Part shown: positions 30,848 to 40,714 of the stretch, piece by piece | Layout: every line of letters begins with the position of its first letter | How positions within the stretch are numbered: the first letter of the stretch is position 1 | Source: a virus | DNA length: 64,000 bases | IMG/VR virus record: IMGVR_UViG_3300022602_000003 | Location: 24,093-88,092 of that record | Strand: one strand, 5' to 3' | The notes under the pieces: model-generated | Seen by the model: only the letters and a program-made list of their open reading frames with translations | What the model was told of the DNA's origin: nothing | The model's database searches: none | Made by a program: the position numbers and the translations under genes

Positions 30848-31164
30848 TTTTAGTTTTGCTATTTATTCCACCACTACTTGTTGCTGGAATTGCAAGTTAT
30901 CTCGTTTTTAGAGCAGAAAGTAAGAAGTAAAACATAGCGGTACGCCGCTACTAACAAAAGAAAGAAGATGTAAGATGGGAAAATTGTTCGGGGCATTTTG
31001 CTTGCTCTTTGCATTTCTACTTGGCTTTGGTATTTTAGCCGAGACTATGTGGTGGATATGGGGCGGCGGTCTTCTAGCATTTAGAATTCTTGCTACATCC
31101 GTCGTCATTGATTTCTTTCTTATTTGGACGGCGACTCATTTTCTTTCAAAAGTAAAGTCATAAC

Positions 31165-31596
31165 ATGTCGTTGGATACTTACTCATCGTCTGATTTAATC
31201 AATGAGCTTGCATATCGCATTTTTCCAAAAAACCGTCTTCGTCAAACAATCACATACCTTGAAGGCGAAAATAAAGCGCTTCAATTAGAAAACGATGTTC
31301 TAAAGCAAGCAATTCATGAGTCAGTGATGACAATCATTGAAATGCGTAATGAACATCTTGCGATTCCAGAACAAAGTCGTCAGCAGTTAATCGCAATCTC
31401 AACTGCCGTACAAACAAGCAGTTCTTTGTTTCAATTGATTGAAATTGCATTGGATAATGCGGCAGAAGAAATTGCAGCGTACACGGCCGAAGAAAAAGAA
31501 GATGTCAAATCACGCTTGTTTGAAGGTATGAACGATACAATGCAAACACTTACAAACACGTTTGCTGCATGCAACGAAATTCTAAAAGAAGTTTAG
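31165..31596 (+). CDS. Hypothetical coiled-coil protein
   Basis: 143-aa helical ORF. Confidence 0.6.
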   Translation: MSLDTYSSSDLINELAYRIFPKNRLRQTITYLEGENKALQLENDVLKQAIHESVMTIIEMRNEHLAIPEQSRQQLIAISTAVQTSSSLFQLIEIALDNAAEEIAAYTAEEKEDVKSRLFEGMNDTMQTLTNTFAACNEILKEV

Positions 31597-31835
31597 AAAA
31601 ATAAGTACATATACCAAGTTTAAGTGATAGAGTACTAAACAATATCTATTTATAGAAAGAGGACACCGTGACAATTGAATCACCTTCTTCACCCGAGCGT
31701 GAAGCAACAAAAGCCGCTCTTCAAAAAATCATACGGCAAAATGTGCAGCAACTTATTGCGCAAAACATTTCATCATTTTCTAATCCGTCATCGCTGCTTG
31801 ATTTAATAGCGAACACAAAAGAAGAGAAGTAAACC

Positions 31836-32144
31836 GTGGCGCGCTCTGATAAAGAGCGCCTGAGCGAAGAATGGAGGAACTTCGCTGCGTGCGCCGGCGT
31901 TGACATCTCAGTCTTCTATCCAAATGAAGCAAACTTCTTTATTGAAGATGAAGACGGTAATGCTGGAAAATACTGTTTCCATTGTCCTGTTCAAGATGAA
32001 TGCTTGAACTACGCCGTCACATACGAAATTCGTGACGGAATATTTGGCGGTACAAACGAAGCAAAGCGACTTAAACTCATTAACGCAAAAATCAATTTGC
32101 GAAGAAAAGAATCTCGTGAACGCAGAAAAAACAAAAATCTCTAG
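31836..32144 (+). CDS. whiB: WhiB-family transcriptional regulator
   Basis: W...AACAG....FYP...CFHCPVQDEC..YA....GIFGG. Confidence 0.92.
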   Translation: MARSDKERLSEEWRNFAACAGVDISVFYPNEANFFIEDEDGNAGKYCFHCPVQDECLNYAVTYEIRDGIFGGTNEAKRLKLINAKINLRRKESRERRKNKNL

Positions 32145-32226
32145 TGTACTTTAATGTTGACGCTTCAATTGATTTCCGGCAGTGATAAAGTAGCTTCTCT
32201 CACTGTAAAGAAGAAAGACGATACAG

Positions 32227-34401
32227 ATGCAATCATCGTTACCCTCCGGCGGAAGCAACATGCTGGATGAAACGATGCCGGGCACGCCTCTTCAGTGGGC
32301 ACTTTTCTATGCGTCAAAGGGCTGGCGTGTTCTTCCAATTTGGTGGATAAAAGATAATAAGTGTGCTTGCGGCGATATTTCTTGTCGTAGCCCAGGCAAA
32401 CACCCAATTGGGTTCATGGTTCCAGATGGACTAAAGTCTGCAAGTAATGACGTCGCCACAATCACGGCGTGGGCTACTCAAAGTCCAGATATGAATATCG
32501 CAATTGCAACTGGAAGTGCAAGTAATCTAATTGTACTTGACTTGGACTACCGTGAAAATGGCGAAGATATTCTTGATGGTGAGTACGAGCTTAAAGTATG
32601 GTTAGCATCTCGAGGTATCGAATTACCTGATACTCTTATTCAGAAAACTGGTGGCGGCGGTTCTCACATTCTTCTTGAATTTCCATCAAACATTAGTGTC
32701 CGTCCAGTTATTTCGAGTCGGACAAATTGGTTGCCTGGTGTAGATATTCGAGCAGACGGTGGATACATTGTCGCTGCACCTTCGCAACACATTAGTGGTG
32801 AATTCTACAACTGGAAAGATAGCACAGTGTTGTCAGTCATTTCAAATGATTTGCTCAACATTCTTTCAAATGAAAAAAGACAAACTACCGGTAATACTCT
32901 TTCGCCTGCTACGCACTCACTTGATGTACCGTCACTTATGCGTGATGGCTTTCGTATGGGTGAACGTGATGACGGCTTTACTCGATTAGCTGGAATTCTT
33001 CGAGGTCGCGGTGATTCAATTGACAGTGCATACGCAATCACAAAAGCGGTCTGGGAAAAAACCGACCAAGTTGACGGCGACTACTTTCCACTTGCAACGG
33101 CATATGAAAAAGTTGAGCGAGGCTACAAGTACTGGGAAGCGCCTGAAGAACTCAGTGAAGAGCAGATTTCATGGGCATTGCGAAGTGACGCACGAGCAAC
33201 GTTAGTTGCCGAAGCACAATCCGCAACCGCCGCATCGCCTCTCACTAAGCCACAAAAAAGTCCTATGGAATCTATCACAACGAAGATTTCCGGGCCCCAG
33301 AAGGGCATAGAGAGCCCATTCGTAACCGAAGAAACCGTTAATACTGATGAAATTGACGAAGATGAAGAGGTTGAGCACGACCCAACAGACCCTTGGGATG
33401 TTGCGGGTCTTATGGAGGGAGGCGAGATTGAAAGAGAACTCCCGACAATGCTTCAACGAGGTGATGGCAAATGTCTTATTTATCCCGGCCGTCTTCACTC
33501 AATCTACGGTGAGCCAGGTCACGGTAAAACTTGGGTGTCTTTACATTTAGTTCGTGAAAGACTTGAACAAGGCGAGACTGTTGCTTATCTTGACTACGAT
33601 GAAGATGACGGCGGTAAATCAATGGCGCTTCGTCTTCGGTCATTAGGAGTCGACTCGAATCTTGTTCGAAACCATTTGCGGTATCTGAACCCGCAAGGTA
33701 TGGGAAATAATCAAATTGCTTGGATAAAGCTCAAAGACCAGTTAAATGAGTGGAAGCCGACACTTGTCGTTGTCGATACAATGGCGCCTGCACTTGTTGA
33801 ATTAGGACTCAACGAAAAAGACAACGCTGAAGTCGGTGCGTGGTACGCGCACGCTCGTTGGTTGCTTCGCGGTCTTCGTCCTCAAGCAGCATTAGTCATT
33901 ATTGACCACGTTGTTAAGTCTGGAGAAGGTCGTGGTCGCTGGGCTCGAGGTGCAGGAGATAAGCTTGGTCGTTTGCACGCTGCTTATGGTGTGGAATCAA
34001 CCGTCCCGTTTAGTCGAACAAATCCAGGTCACATTCGACTTGTAATTGCAAAGGACCGTGGTGGTGAAGTTGGTCGTGAAGGTGAGGCTGCCGCTGTCGT
34101 TAAGTTCAATCCGTCAGACAACGGTCAAAAACTTGAGATTATTATCGACACTCCAGAATCTGCTGACTTAAGTTCGTTAGCACAACAACACGAAAATCGT
34201 AAAGCGGTTGTGAAAGATAGACTTATTATGGCGTTACGAAATGCAAGTGGTACCGGTCTTTCTTTTGCCGATTTGAAACGTGCCGCAAAATCATCTGGAC
34301 CTGAAACAATTGAGGTCATAAATGAATCAATTGACGATGGTAGTTTCATTCCGAATACCGAAGGAAGAGTCACACGTTACACTCTTTATACTAAAGTATG
34401 A
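32227..34401 (+). CDS. Bifunctional primase/polymerase fused to a RecA-like (AAA_25) helicase
   Basis: GWRVLP..C.CG..C.SPGKHP, NIAIATG, VLDLD, TGGGGSH, DIRADGGYIVAAPS; Walker A GEPGHGKT, Walker B VVVDT. Confidence 0.92.
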   Translation: MQSSLPSGGSNMLDETMPGTPLQWALFYASKGWRVLPIWWIKDNKCACGDISCRSPGKHPIGFMVPDGLKSASNDVATITAWATQSPDMNIAIATGSASNLIVLDLDYRENGEDILDGEYELKVWLASRGIELPDTLIQKTGGGGSHILLEFPSNISVRPVISSRTNWLPGVDIRADGGYIVAAPSQHISGEFYNWKDSTVLSVISNDLLNILSNEKRQTTGNTLSPATHSLDVPSLMRDGFRMGERDDGFTRLAGILRGRGDSIDSAYAITKAVWEKTDQVDGDYFPLATAYEKVERGYKYWEAPEELSEEQISWALRSDARATLVAEAQSATAASPLTKPQKSPMESITTKISGPQKGIESPFVTEETVNTDEIDEDEEVEHDPTDPWDVAGLMEGGEIERELPTMLQRGDGKCLIYPGRLHSIYGEPGHGKTWVSLHLVRERLEQGETVAYLDYDEDDGGKSMALRLRSLGVDSNLVRNHLRYLNPQGMGNNQIAWIKLKDQLNEWKPTLVVVDTMAPALVELGLNEKDNAEVGAWYAHARWLLRGLRPQAALVIIDHVVKSGEGRGRWARGAGDKLGRLHAAYGVESTVPFSRTNPGHIRLVIAKDRGGEVGREGEAAAVVKFNPSDNGQKLEIIIDTPESADLSSLAQQHENRKAVVKDRLIMALRNASGTGLSFADLKRAAKSSGPETIEVINESIDDGSFIPNTEGRVTRYTLYTKV

Positions 34402-34408
34402 TGACTAT

Positions 34409-34879
34409 ATGGCATTCGATTTCGAACAACAAGATGATGCAATTGACTTTCCAGAATTAGTTTCAATCGCACGCGCGATGTTTGAAGTCGTACTTGACGA
34501 TTTTCCTGCTCACCGTGTTCAAGTTGCTGTTGAGCAAATTAGAGCTTCAATTCGAGAAAATCTTCTCGATATCGGTTGCGACCCAACCGATGAGATTCAA
34601 CTTCGTGCATTTGCTTTAGGTGCGATGTTTGCTACTCACCGTCAAGTACAATACACTCCAATTGGTCACGAAACTGCAATTGTACCAGCAACTGCGATTA
34701 ACATGATTAAAGACATGTCGTCAAAAGACGAGATGGTTAATCTTGAAAAATTAAGTATTTCTCTTGAGAATCAAATTCTTGAAGAAGAACGAAAGAAAAA
34801 AGCAAAAGAAGAAAAGTTAAAGCCAACTCTTCGTTCTTTTATCTCATACATCCGTGACTTCAGGAATGTAAGGAAATAG
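34409..34879 (+). CDS. Hypothetical protein
   Basis: ORF following the primase-helicase. Confidence 0.55.
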   Translation: MAFDFEQQDDAIDFPELVSIARAMFEVVLDDFPAHRVQVAVEQIRASIRENLLDIGCDPTDEIQLRAFALGAMFATHRQVQYTPIGHETAIVPATAINMIKDMSSKDEMVNLEKLSISLENQILEEERKKKAKEEKLKPTLRSFISYIRDFRNVRK

Positions 34880-35281
34880 CGCCAGACAAACTGATTGCGA
34901 CAAAGAATTCTCTTCCGCATCAAGAGGAAGAAGCACCGTCGTTGAATCATCTGGAATCTCTTCAATCGCTTCAAGCACCGTGAAGCCAATTTTCTTTGCG
35001 ACGTCGCTTCGAGTCTCATCTTCTATATAGATAAGAGAAGACAAAGAGTCAGCAAGTACTGACATTGACATGACTCTCTTTTTTCTTGAAAGATACGCAA
35101 TTGCGCAATCAATTGAGCAGACTACCCCACTATAGCGTTCTTCTCGCGTCTGGAATGGGGGCTCTTGACCCGCAATGTCGAGTCCAATAGTTATCCACCC
35201 CATTGGTGGCACTTTGGCCTTAGAAGTCAACTCAACGGCTGATTCTCCTCGACTACCGCAACCAGCGGCGCATTCAAACAT
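34844..35281 (-). CDS. Hypothetical Cys-containing protein
   Basis: 145-aa ORF, last gene of the minus-strand effector operon. Confidence 0.55.
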   Translation of the reverse strand: MFECAAGCGSRGESAVELTSKAKVPPMGWITIGLDIAGQEPPFQTREERYSGVVCSIDCAIAYLSRKKRVMSMSVLADSLSSLIYIEDETRSDVAKKIGFTVLEAIEEIPDDSTTVLLPLDAEENSLSQSVCLALFPYIPEVTDV

Positions 35282-35490
35282 TACCGTGGTTCTACGGTCG
35301 GGCCCTGAGTTTTTTGCGGCATGTTTGCTCGAGCATGTCCAGTATCAGGACCGAGATTTCCGCGTCTAAAGTTTTGAACAATCGGCTTAGCAGGATTTGT
35401 TGACAAGTCAATTTTGTCCACATTAGGGTGCTGCGGAATAGATGCTTGCTGGGCAAAGCGACCTGAATCTTTTTCACGTACTTTACTCAT
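35281..35490 (-). CDS. 69-aa hypothetical protein with a degenerate tag-like N-terminus (KVREKDSGRF)
   Basis: TAATG coupling on both sides. Confidence 0.55.
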   Translation of the reverse strand: MSKVREKDSGRFAQQASIPQHPNVDKIDLSTNPAKPIVQNFRRGNLGPDTGHARANMPQKTQGPTVEPR

Positions 35491-35711
35491 TATTGTGCTT
35501 GCTTTCTGCGAGCTTGTTCTTTCTTCATTGCTTCAATTTCTTCTGGCGAAAAAGTAATCATGTCCGGCACTCGCATTGCAATTCCACCGTTTGGAATATC
35601 CTTAACACTTTGCCGTGCATTGTTGTACTGCGTCTCTTCTTCTGGACTTAAGCCGTCAGGCTTTTTTCCAAGAATTGCGTACGCTTTAAGGTCTTCACTC
35701 ATCTGTTCCAT
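35490..35711 (-). CDS. Small protein coupled to the zeta toxin gene; candidate antitoxin
   Basis: ATG at 35711 overlaps the zeta-toxin stop (TAATG). Role inferred from position only. Confidence 0.5.
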   Translation of the reverse strand: MEQMSEDLKAYAILGKKPDGLSPEEETQYNNARQSVKDIPNGGIAMRVPDMITFSPEEIEAMKKEQARRKQAQ

Positions 35712-36730
35712 TATTTTTGATTCCTTGTTATGATTTCTTGTGCTTTCAAATTCATCCAATCCGGACCTTTTGGCGCATTGCTTTCTGATGCTTTTGCTAA
35801 GAATTCATTGTACGCTTGCTGGTCCAGTATTTGGAGCCCACCTTGTTTAGTTCCTTGAGCAATAACTTCTCCGCCTCGTCCACTATCAATCACACGAACT
35901 GAGTCAAAAAGATTACTTGCAATTGCTTGAGGAAATACAGTAGAAACTCCAATGTGCGACATACGAAGCTGGTCTTCAGGTATGTAACGTCCATTACCTT
36001 TAGGACCACCGTCAATTCCACCGCGAATCATCATTCGACCTACTGCTTCGTCGGTCGGACAAGTCACGTAAGTTCCAACAACATTGTACCCAAGTGACTG
36101 AGCGGCTTGCACGTTGTTTGTAAGTTTTCCAATACTGCTATCGCCTGTACCGTCAAACACAACGTTTTGTCCGTTTTGAAGCGCTTCGGCAAAAACTTCT
36201 TTTGATAACATTGAAGATTCTTCGTGCACGGCGTTTGCGATTTCTGGGTCTTTTGCTTCGACGCCAGGCAAGTACTCTGGAATCAAGTCTTTAATCACGT
36301 CGGCATTTACAAGTACAGCATCAGTTTTTACAAGTTCAGGCTTACCGTCTGCGCCTGTTCGTTCAGTTTGCGGAATTCCCATTTCTGGGTTATTTACCGC
36401 AGTTGATTTACCAGCCGCTGGTCCACCACCGAGCATGTGAAGTGTTGGATTTGCCGAGACTGGAACTCCACTTAAAAAATGCGCTTTAATTTGGTCGTGC
36501 AATGCTTGGCGTTCCGCATCAAGTTTAAAGCCACCTTTACCGTCAGAAACAAGGTGCTTAAACATTGGCTCATCAGGACGGTAATCGTGTCCTTTGTATG
36601 AGCGAAGAGTTTTGTTGTCGGACTCACCGCCGTCACCAGAACCAAATCTTCCATGCGAGTCACGAGGTTGGTCAGGATTGTACTTTAATACAGTACCAAT
36701 CTTTACGTATGACTTACCTAACTCACGCAT
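35711..36730 (-). CDS. Zeta-toxin-family P-loop kinase with an N-terminal KYNPDQPRDSHGRF tag
   Basis: LGGGPAAGKST, VNADVIK..IPEY, VHEESS, VVFDGTG, GRYIP; tag at 36644-36685. Confidence 0.85.
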   Translation of the reverse strand: MRELGKSYVKIGTVLKYNPDQPRDSHGRFGSGDGGESDNKTLRSYKGHDYRPDEPMFKHLVSDGKGGFKLDAERQALHDQIKAHFLSGVPVSANPTLHMLGGGPAAGKSTAVNNPEMGIPQTERTGADGKPELVKTDAVLVNADVIKDLIPEYLPGVEAKDPEIANAVHEESSMLSKEVFAEALQNGQNVVFDGTGDSSIGKLTNNVQAAQSLGYNVVGTYVTCPTDEAVGRMMIRGGIDGGPKGNGRYIPEDQLRMSHIGVSTVFPQAIASNLFDSVRVIDSGRGGEVIAQGTKQGGLQILDQQAYNEFLAKASESNAPKGPDWMNLKAQEIITRNQK

Positions 36731-36745
36731 ATATCTATTATACTT

Positions 36746-38461
36746 TTATTTCTTGTTTTTCGTAAGAAGAACTTCAAGATAGTTATCAAATGCAATTTGC
36801 GCTTCAAGAGCTGCTGCTTTGTAGTCTTGACGGTCTTGACCGAGCGCAAGTCTTTGCACTCCAGCCTTATCGTTCCAAGCATTTACAACATTAAGTAAGT
36901 CGCGAATTCCTAAATCAACTTTGATTGCTGGCAAAGGTGAGTCCATTCCAGCATACGCCGCCCAGCGATGGTGACCGTCAAGAACATAACCGTCGTTTGA
37001 CATAATGATTCGACCAGAGTCTGGCGCCATTTCTGGGTTGCCGTTTTTAGCAAGTTCTCGTTCCATTACTTGAGCAGACTTATCAGCAGAGATTTCGTTT
37101 TGAACTGGCTTTAAGTTGAACGGGTCCACCGTCAAGCGTTGTATTCCAATGCCCTTCTTCTCTAATTCGGCAAGAAACTCTGGTTTCATATTGCTTGGTA
37201 CTTGAGGCATGTCTGCTCGTGAAATTCCAAGGTTTGGCTTATCAAAAAGAGGAGCACCGATAACGTGAAGATTAGTTAAGTCCGCATTTTTTGATTGCGT
37301 TAATGCGTGTTCAAGAAGCGGACGTAATTGTTCTCTGTTAATCGTTACATCTTGACCGTTAGCAAGTTTTTCGTAGTTTTCGCTTGGCGTACCGCTACCA
37401 CTTCCTGAAGCAAATCTACCGTGGTCATCTCTAGGTTGGTCAGGGCTATATTTTAGAATTGTGCCAATTTTTATAGATGAATTTTTATTAAGTGCTTGAA
37501 GTTTATCAAATGGCGGTATTAAGTTATCTGGAGGCAAGACACGCACCGAGACTAAAGTTTGAATTTTTGAATACTCGTTAGGCGCATAGATATGGTCTAC
37601 AGAAGTGACAACCATTTTTAGTCCGCGTCCAAGTAGTAATTCATCTTCGTTTTCTGAATTAACTAATGAACTACGTGAATACGCACTTGTTGGTCGGTAA
37701 AGCGCTGGCACGCCTTCAGGAATTGTTAGCAATAACTCTGTGCTGTGAAGACTTTCTTCTGGAAGTTTCTCAAATGCAGAAAGTTTTGTGGCGCCAATTA
37801 AGTCTTTTTCTCTATTACCGTCAGGTGTGGTGAATGCACCTCTATAAGAAAGTCGAGCATTTAGCGTTGTTGACTGATATGCCGGGTCAGTAATGATTTG
37901 CCCAACTTTTAAGTCATTGACACTTACGGTTTTACCGTTTTCGTCCATTACTTTTCTGCTAATTACTCTTGAAGCATAATAAGTTTTATCAGTTGGCGCG
38001 GAAGCTAGCTTTTCATCAAGAGCTTTGATTGTGTCAATTGCTTGCTGTTTTGTGTATGTTCCTTGCCATAGATTTCCAATTTCTCCGGTTTTGTCGAAAC
38101 TTTTTTCGTCGCCGTATCGAAGCCATTGATTAAGTATGTCGTTTCCAATTGTTATGTATTTAGAGATTTCTCCGTTGTAATCGCTTGTAGCCCAAGCTTT
38201 GTTGGCTCTAGCGTCAACGTGCGATTGTCTAATCAGTGCCCCACGATTTTCAACTATTTTTGAATATCTTTCGGCACTTGGCTCTTCGCTTGCATTTTTA
38301 ACCCATTGATTATCATGAGAATCTTCATTACTTCCAAAACGACCGTGCGAATCTCTAGGTTGGTCTGGATTGTACTTTACAACCGTGCCAATTTTTATAG
38401 ATGAATTTTTATCGAGCGCCACTGTCGTAGTCGCTCTCCCACGACGGTTTACCGTTGGCAA
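36746..38461 (-). CDS. Two-module polyprotein: VIP2-like ADP-ribosyltransferase plus ParB-like domain, each behind a tag
   Basis: ART: LNQWLR, ASR, YQSTT, ENEDELLLGRG. ParB-like: YVLDGHHRWAA. Tags at 38336-38377 and 37412-37453. Likely GTG start at 38422. Confidence 0.82.
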   Translation of the reverse strand: MPTVNRRGRATTTVALDKNSSIKIGTVVKYNPDQPRDSHGRFGSNEDSHDNQWVKNASEEPSAERYSKIVENRGALIRQSHVDARANKAWATSDYNGEISKYITIGNDILNQWLRYGDEKSFDKTGEIGNLWQGTYTKQQAIDTIKALDEKLASAPTDKTYYASRVISRKVMDENGKTVSVNDLKVGQIITDPAYQSTTLNARLSYRGAFTTPDGNREKDLIGATKLSAFEKLPEESLHSTELLLTIPEGVPALYRPTSAYSRSSLVNSENEDELLLGRGLKMVVTSVDHIYAPNEYSKIQTLVSVRVLPPDNLIPPFDKLQALNKNSSIKIGTILKYSPDQPRDDHGRFASGSGSGTPSENYEKLANGQDVTINREQLRPLLEHALTQSKNADLTNLHVIGAPLFDKPNLGISRADMPQVPSNMKPEFLAELEKKGIGIQRLTVDPFNLKPVQNEISADKSAQVMERELAKNGNPEMAPDSGRIIMSNDGYVLDGHHRWAAYAGMDSPLPAIKVDLGIRDLLNVVNAWNDKAGVQRLALGQDRQDYKAAALEAQIAFDNYLEVLLTKNKK

Positions 38462-38630
38462 GTCGCTTTTCGTTGGCTTGCTCGCGCATTTTGGTCATGG
38501 TTTCGTTAAATATTTCACGAAGTTTACGAGATGGAAGAACTCCAAGCTCAGCGGCAAGAGCATTGAACTCGGTCTGTGCCGTGCGCTCGACACGGAGCGA
38601 AACAACAACGGAATTTTCTCGAGTTCTCAT
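38409..38630 (-). CDS. Ribbon-helix-helix-like small regulator
   Basis: VVSLRV.....EFNALAAELGV.PS..LREI. Confidence 0.6.
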   Translation of the reverse strand: MRTRENSVVVSLRVERTAQTEFNALAAELGVLPSRKLREIFNETMTKMREQANEKRLANGKPSWESDYDSGAR

Positions 38631-38639
38631 AGTCTTATT

Positions 38640-39029
38640 TTATTTCATAGCACGGTTTACAATATTACGCGCTTTATTTTGAAGCTTTTGCTCCGCAAGA
38701 TTGCGAGCCGCTGCTTTTTTCGAATGCACGAATTTGCCACCGTGTTTATAGCAAACTTTAAGACCTGGCGTTGGAAATCTACGGCACCAACTGTCAATTT
38801 TGTTCTGACGACTTTGGCACCGTCCAGGGTTTTCAATTTCTGCTAAGCGTTTACGCTCTGCTTCTTCTTGAGGAGTACGGTCTTTGACTTTTGGAAATCG
38901 CCGTGGCATTCCAGGCTCAATGTACATTCCTTCTCGAGGCCACGGTGTTGGAATCAACTCACTCGTATGACCGAGATAAGAGCGATTCGGGTTTCCCTTG
39001 GCGTCAATGGGAAGACGAGTTTCTTCCAT
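38640..39029 (-). CDS. HGGxSTG-like Zn-knuckle protein
   Basis: RCQSR....WCRRFPTPGLKVCYKHGG. Confidence 0.6.
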   Translation of the reverse strand: MEETRLPIDAKGNPNRSYLGHTSELIPTPWPREGMYIEPGMPRRFPKVKDRTPQEEAERKRLAEIENPGRCQSRQNKIDSWCRRFPTPGLKVCYKHGGKFVHSKKAAARNLAEQKLQNKARNIVNRAMK

Positions 39030-39035
39030 ATTTAA

Positions 39036-39608
39036 TTACTTAAATTGAAATGACTTTTCTGCTTGACTTGCATCAAAGCTAGCATTTGCCGCTGCATCCG
39101 TCGCATCTTGTGCTTGGCTCGCATCTTGCTCACCCCACGAAGCAAAAACTTCATCTTCACTTCCAGTAGATTTAGATGCTTGTGTCGCCCAATCAGCCGC
39201 ATTTTCATGCAACGCAGCAGCATTTTCATGCTCACTTGCTAAAGTATAGTATGCTTCAGCTTTTTTCGAGTCTCCAGCATCTTCTGCTTTTACACCAAGA
39301 TTACTTAATTCTTTTGCGCGGCCTTCATGCATTTGCTGAAGTTCACTGTGTCTTTCCGCAATACTTTTAAACGTTTCGCCTTGCGTGTACATATCTCTGA
39401 TACCACTGGCCATTCGAGAAGCTTTTTCGTGGTCAAACGAACTGCTTTCACTTCCGCCACCACTTGTCCACCGTCCACGCTCGTCACGTTCTTCTTCTTT
39501 AATAATGTTAGGCCCACGCAATTTTTCAAGTTGTTCTTGAGCCGCTAGACCTTGAGCTCCGCCTTGCAAAGCGAGTTCAGCTAAATAATTTTCGTACTCT
39601 TTGTTCAT
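39036..39608 (-). CDS. Tagged small cargo protein
   Basis: Helical leader, then IIK|EEERDERGRW (39468-39500), then an Ala-rich helical body. Confidence 0.75.
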   Translation of the reverse strand: MNKEYENYLAELALQGGAQGLAAQEQLEKLRGPNIIKEEERDERGRWTSGGGSESSSFDHEKASRMASGIRDMYTQGETFKSIAERHSELQQMHEGRAKELSNLGVKAEDAGDSKKAEAYYTLASEHENAAALHENAADWATQASKSTGSEDEVFASWGEQDASQAQDATDAAANASFDASQAEKSFQFK

Positions 39609-40180
39609 TAAAAGCCCCAGCTTCCTCGACCGCCGCCACCGCTACCGCCGAGGCCGCTAACAAGTTGACCAGCATGCGCATAAACATCTGCCGCGTTAGC
39701 AAAATCTTTACCACCAGAAAAATCAACTCCGGCGCGTAGACCAACACTTGCATAATGACCTAAAGCAGTTTTTGTTCCTCCTTCATCTCCAGCCTGATTC
39801 ATTACATCATTAATGGCTGAAGTTAAAGTACTTTTTTCGTCTTCCGTAAGCGAACCATAATCGCGATTTTTGATTTTTTCTGCAAGCGCATTTTCATCGC
39901 TGTATCTTAAATCTCGTGCAACCATTCTGTCCGCATTCTTTTGCTGGGCATCTGTGCCGACATTGTTTCTACCGCCACCTTGGCCGCCGCCTGTTGCAGA
40001 AGTACCACCAGTATTTGAGCCACCGCCACCGCCACCGCCTGATGCAAATCTACCGTGGTCATCTCTAGGTTGGTCGGGGCTATATTTAATAAGAATAGAA
40101 GCAGCGGAAGCTCCGACTTCTCCACCCTTAGCAACTTGCGCTTCAAGATACGCTCTGTATTCTGGTGATATTTTTTTCAT
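39608..40180 (-). CDS. Tagged small cargo protein
   Basis: Helical leader, then LIK|YSPDQPRDDHGRF (40046-40087), then a Gly linker. Confidence 0.75.
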   Translation of the reverse strand: MKKISPEYRAYLEAQVAKGGEVGASAASILIKYSPDQPRDDHGRFASGGGGGGGSNTGGTSATGGGQGGGRNNVGTDAQQKNADRMVARDLRYSDENALAEKIKNRDYGSLTEDEKSTLTSAINDVMNQAGDEGGTKTALGHYASVGLRAGVDFSGGKDFANAADVYAHAGQLVSGLGGSGGGGRGSWGF

Positions 40181-40234
40181 TATTTACTTTCTTGATTAGT
40201 CAATGTATACGTGTAATTAGAAGTATTTGCCATA

Positions 40235-40714
40235 TTACCAGTTTTCTGGAAGCAAGTCAGTTGCGCCAAGCTCTTTGGCGCGACGTTTAATGTGTTTCTT
40301 TACTTTTTTCGGGTTTTTAGCTCGACCGTATGCTTGAATCGCATTCTTTAAGTCACTTACATTTGCAATTGGGTACGAGCCGTCAGGCATTGCGTTGCCT
40401 TTACTGGCAAGCGCGGTGCGTTCTTTGTCACTAACATTACGCTTTGTGACTTCAGTATCGTCGTTATCCTTGTATTTTGCTCGCATACGAGCGCAATCTT
40501 CTTCAGACTTGCAAGGTGGGTCGCCGTGCATTGCGTGCCATTTATCGTGACCTTCATCGTGACGTTCAACATCTGCAGCAGTGTGTCCAGGCGGTAAGTC
40601 AATTACCGCTTTGGCTTTTGCAAGTTCTGCCTGCGCTTTACGCGCAATCTCACCGTCGTGAGATGTAAGTGTTTTTAAGAATTCGATGTATTCGTTTGAC
40701 ATATTATTTTCCAT
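40235..40714 (-). CDS. Leader-bearing protein with a His/Cys segment and an AMPDGSYPI domain
   Basis: Same helical leader; HDKWHAMHGDPPC; VTK|RNVSDKER..LA..G.AMPDGSYPI...LPENW. Confidence 0.7.
   Translation of the reverse strand: MENNMSNEYIEFLKTLTSHDGEIARKAQAELAKAKAVIDLPPGHTAADVERHDEGHDKWHAMHGDPPCKSEEDCARMRAKYKDNDDTEVTKRNVSDKERTALASKGNAMPDGSYPIANVSDLKNAIQAYGRAKNPKKVKKHIKRRAKELGATDLLPENW

Noticed and set aside
26683-34879. Plus-strand block as a recombinase-invertible segment
   Set aside because: No matching inverted repeats found at its two ends; divergent gene blocks are normal in phage genomes.
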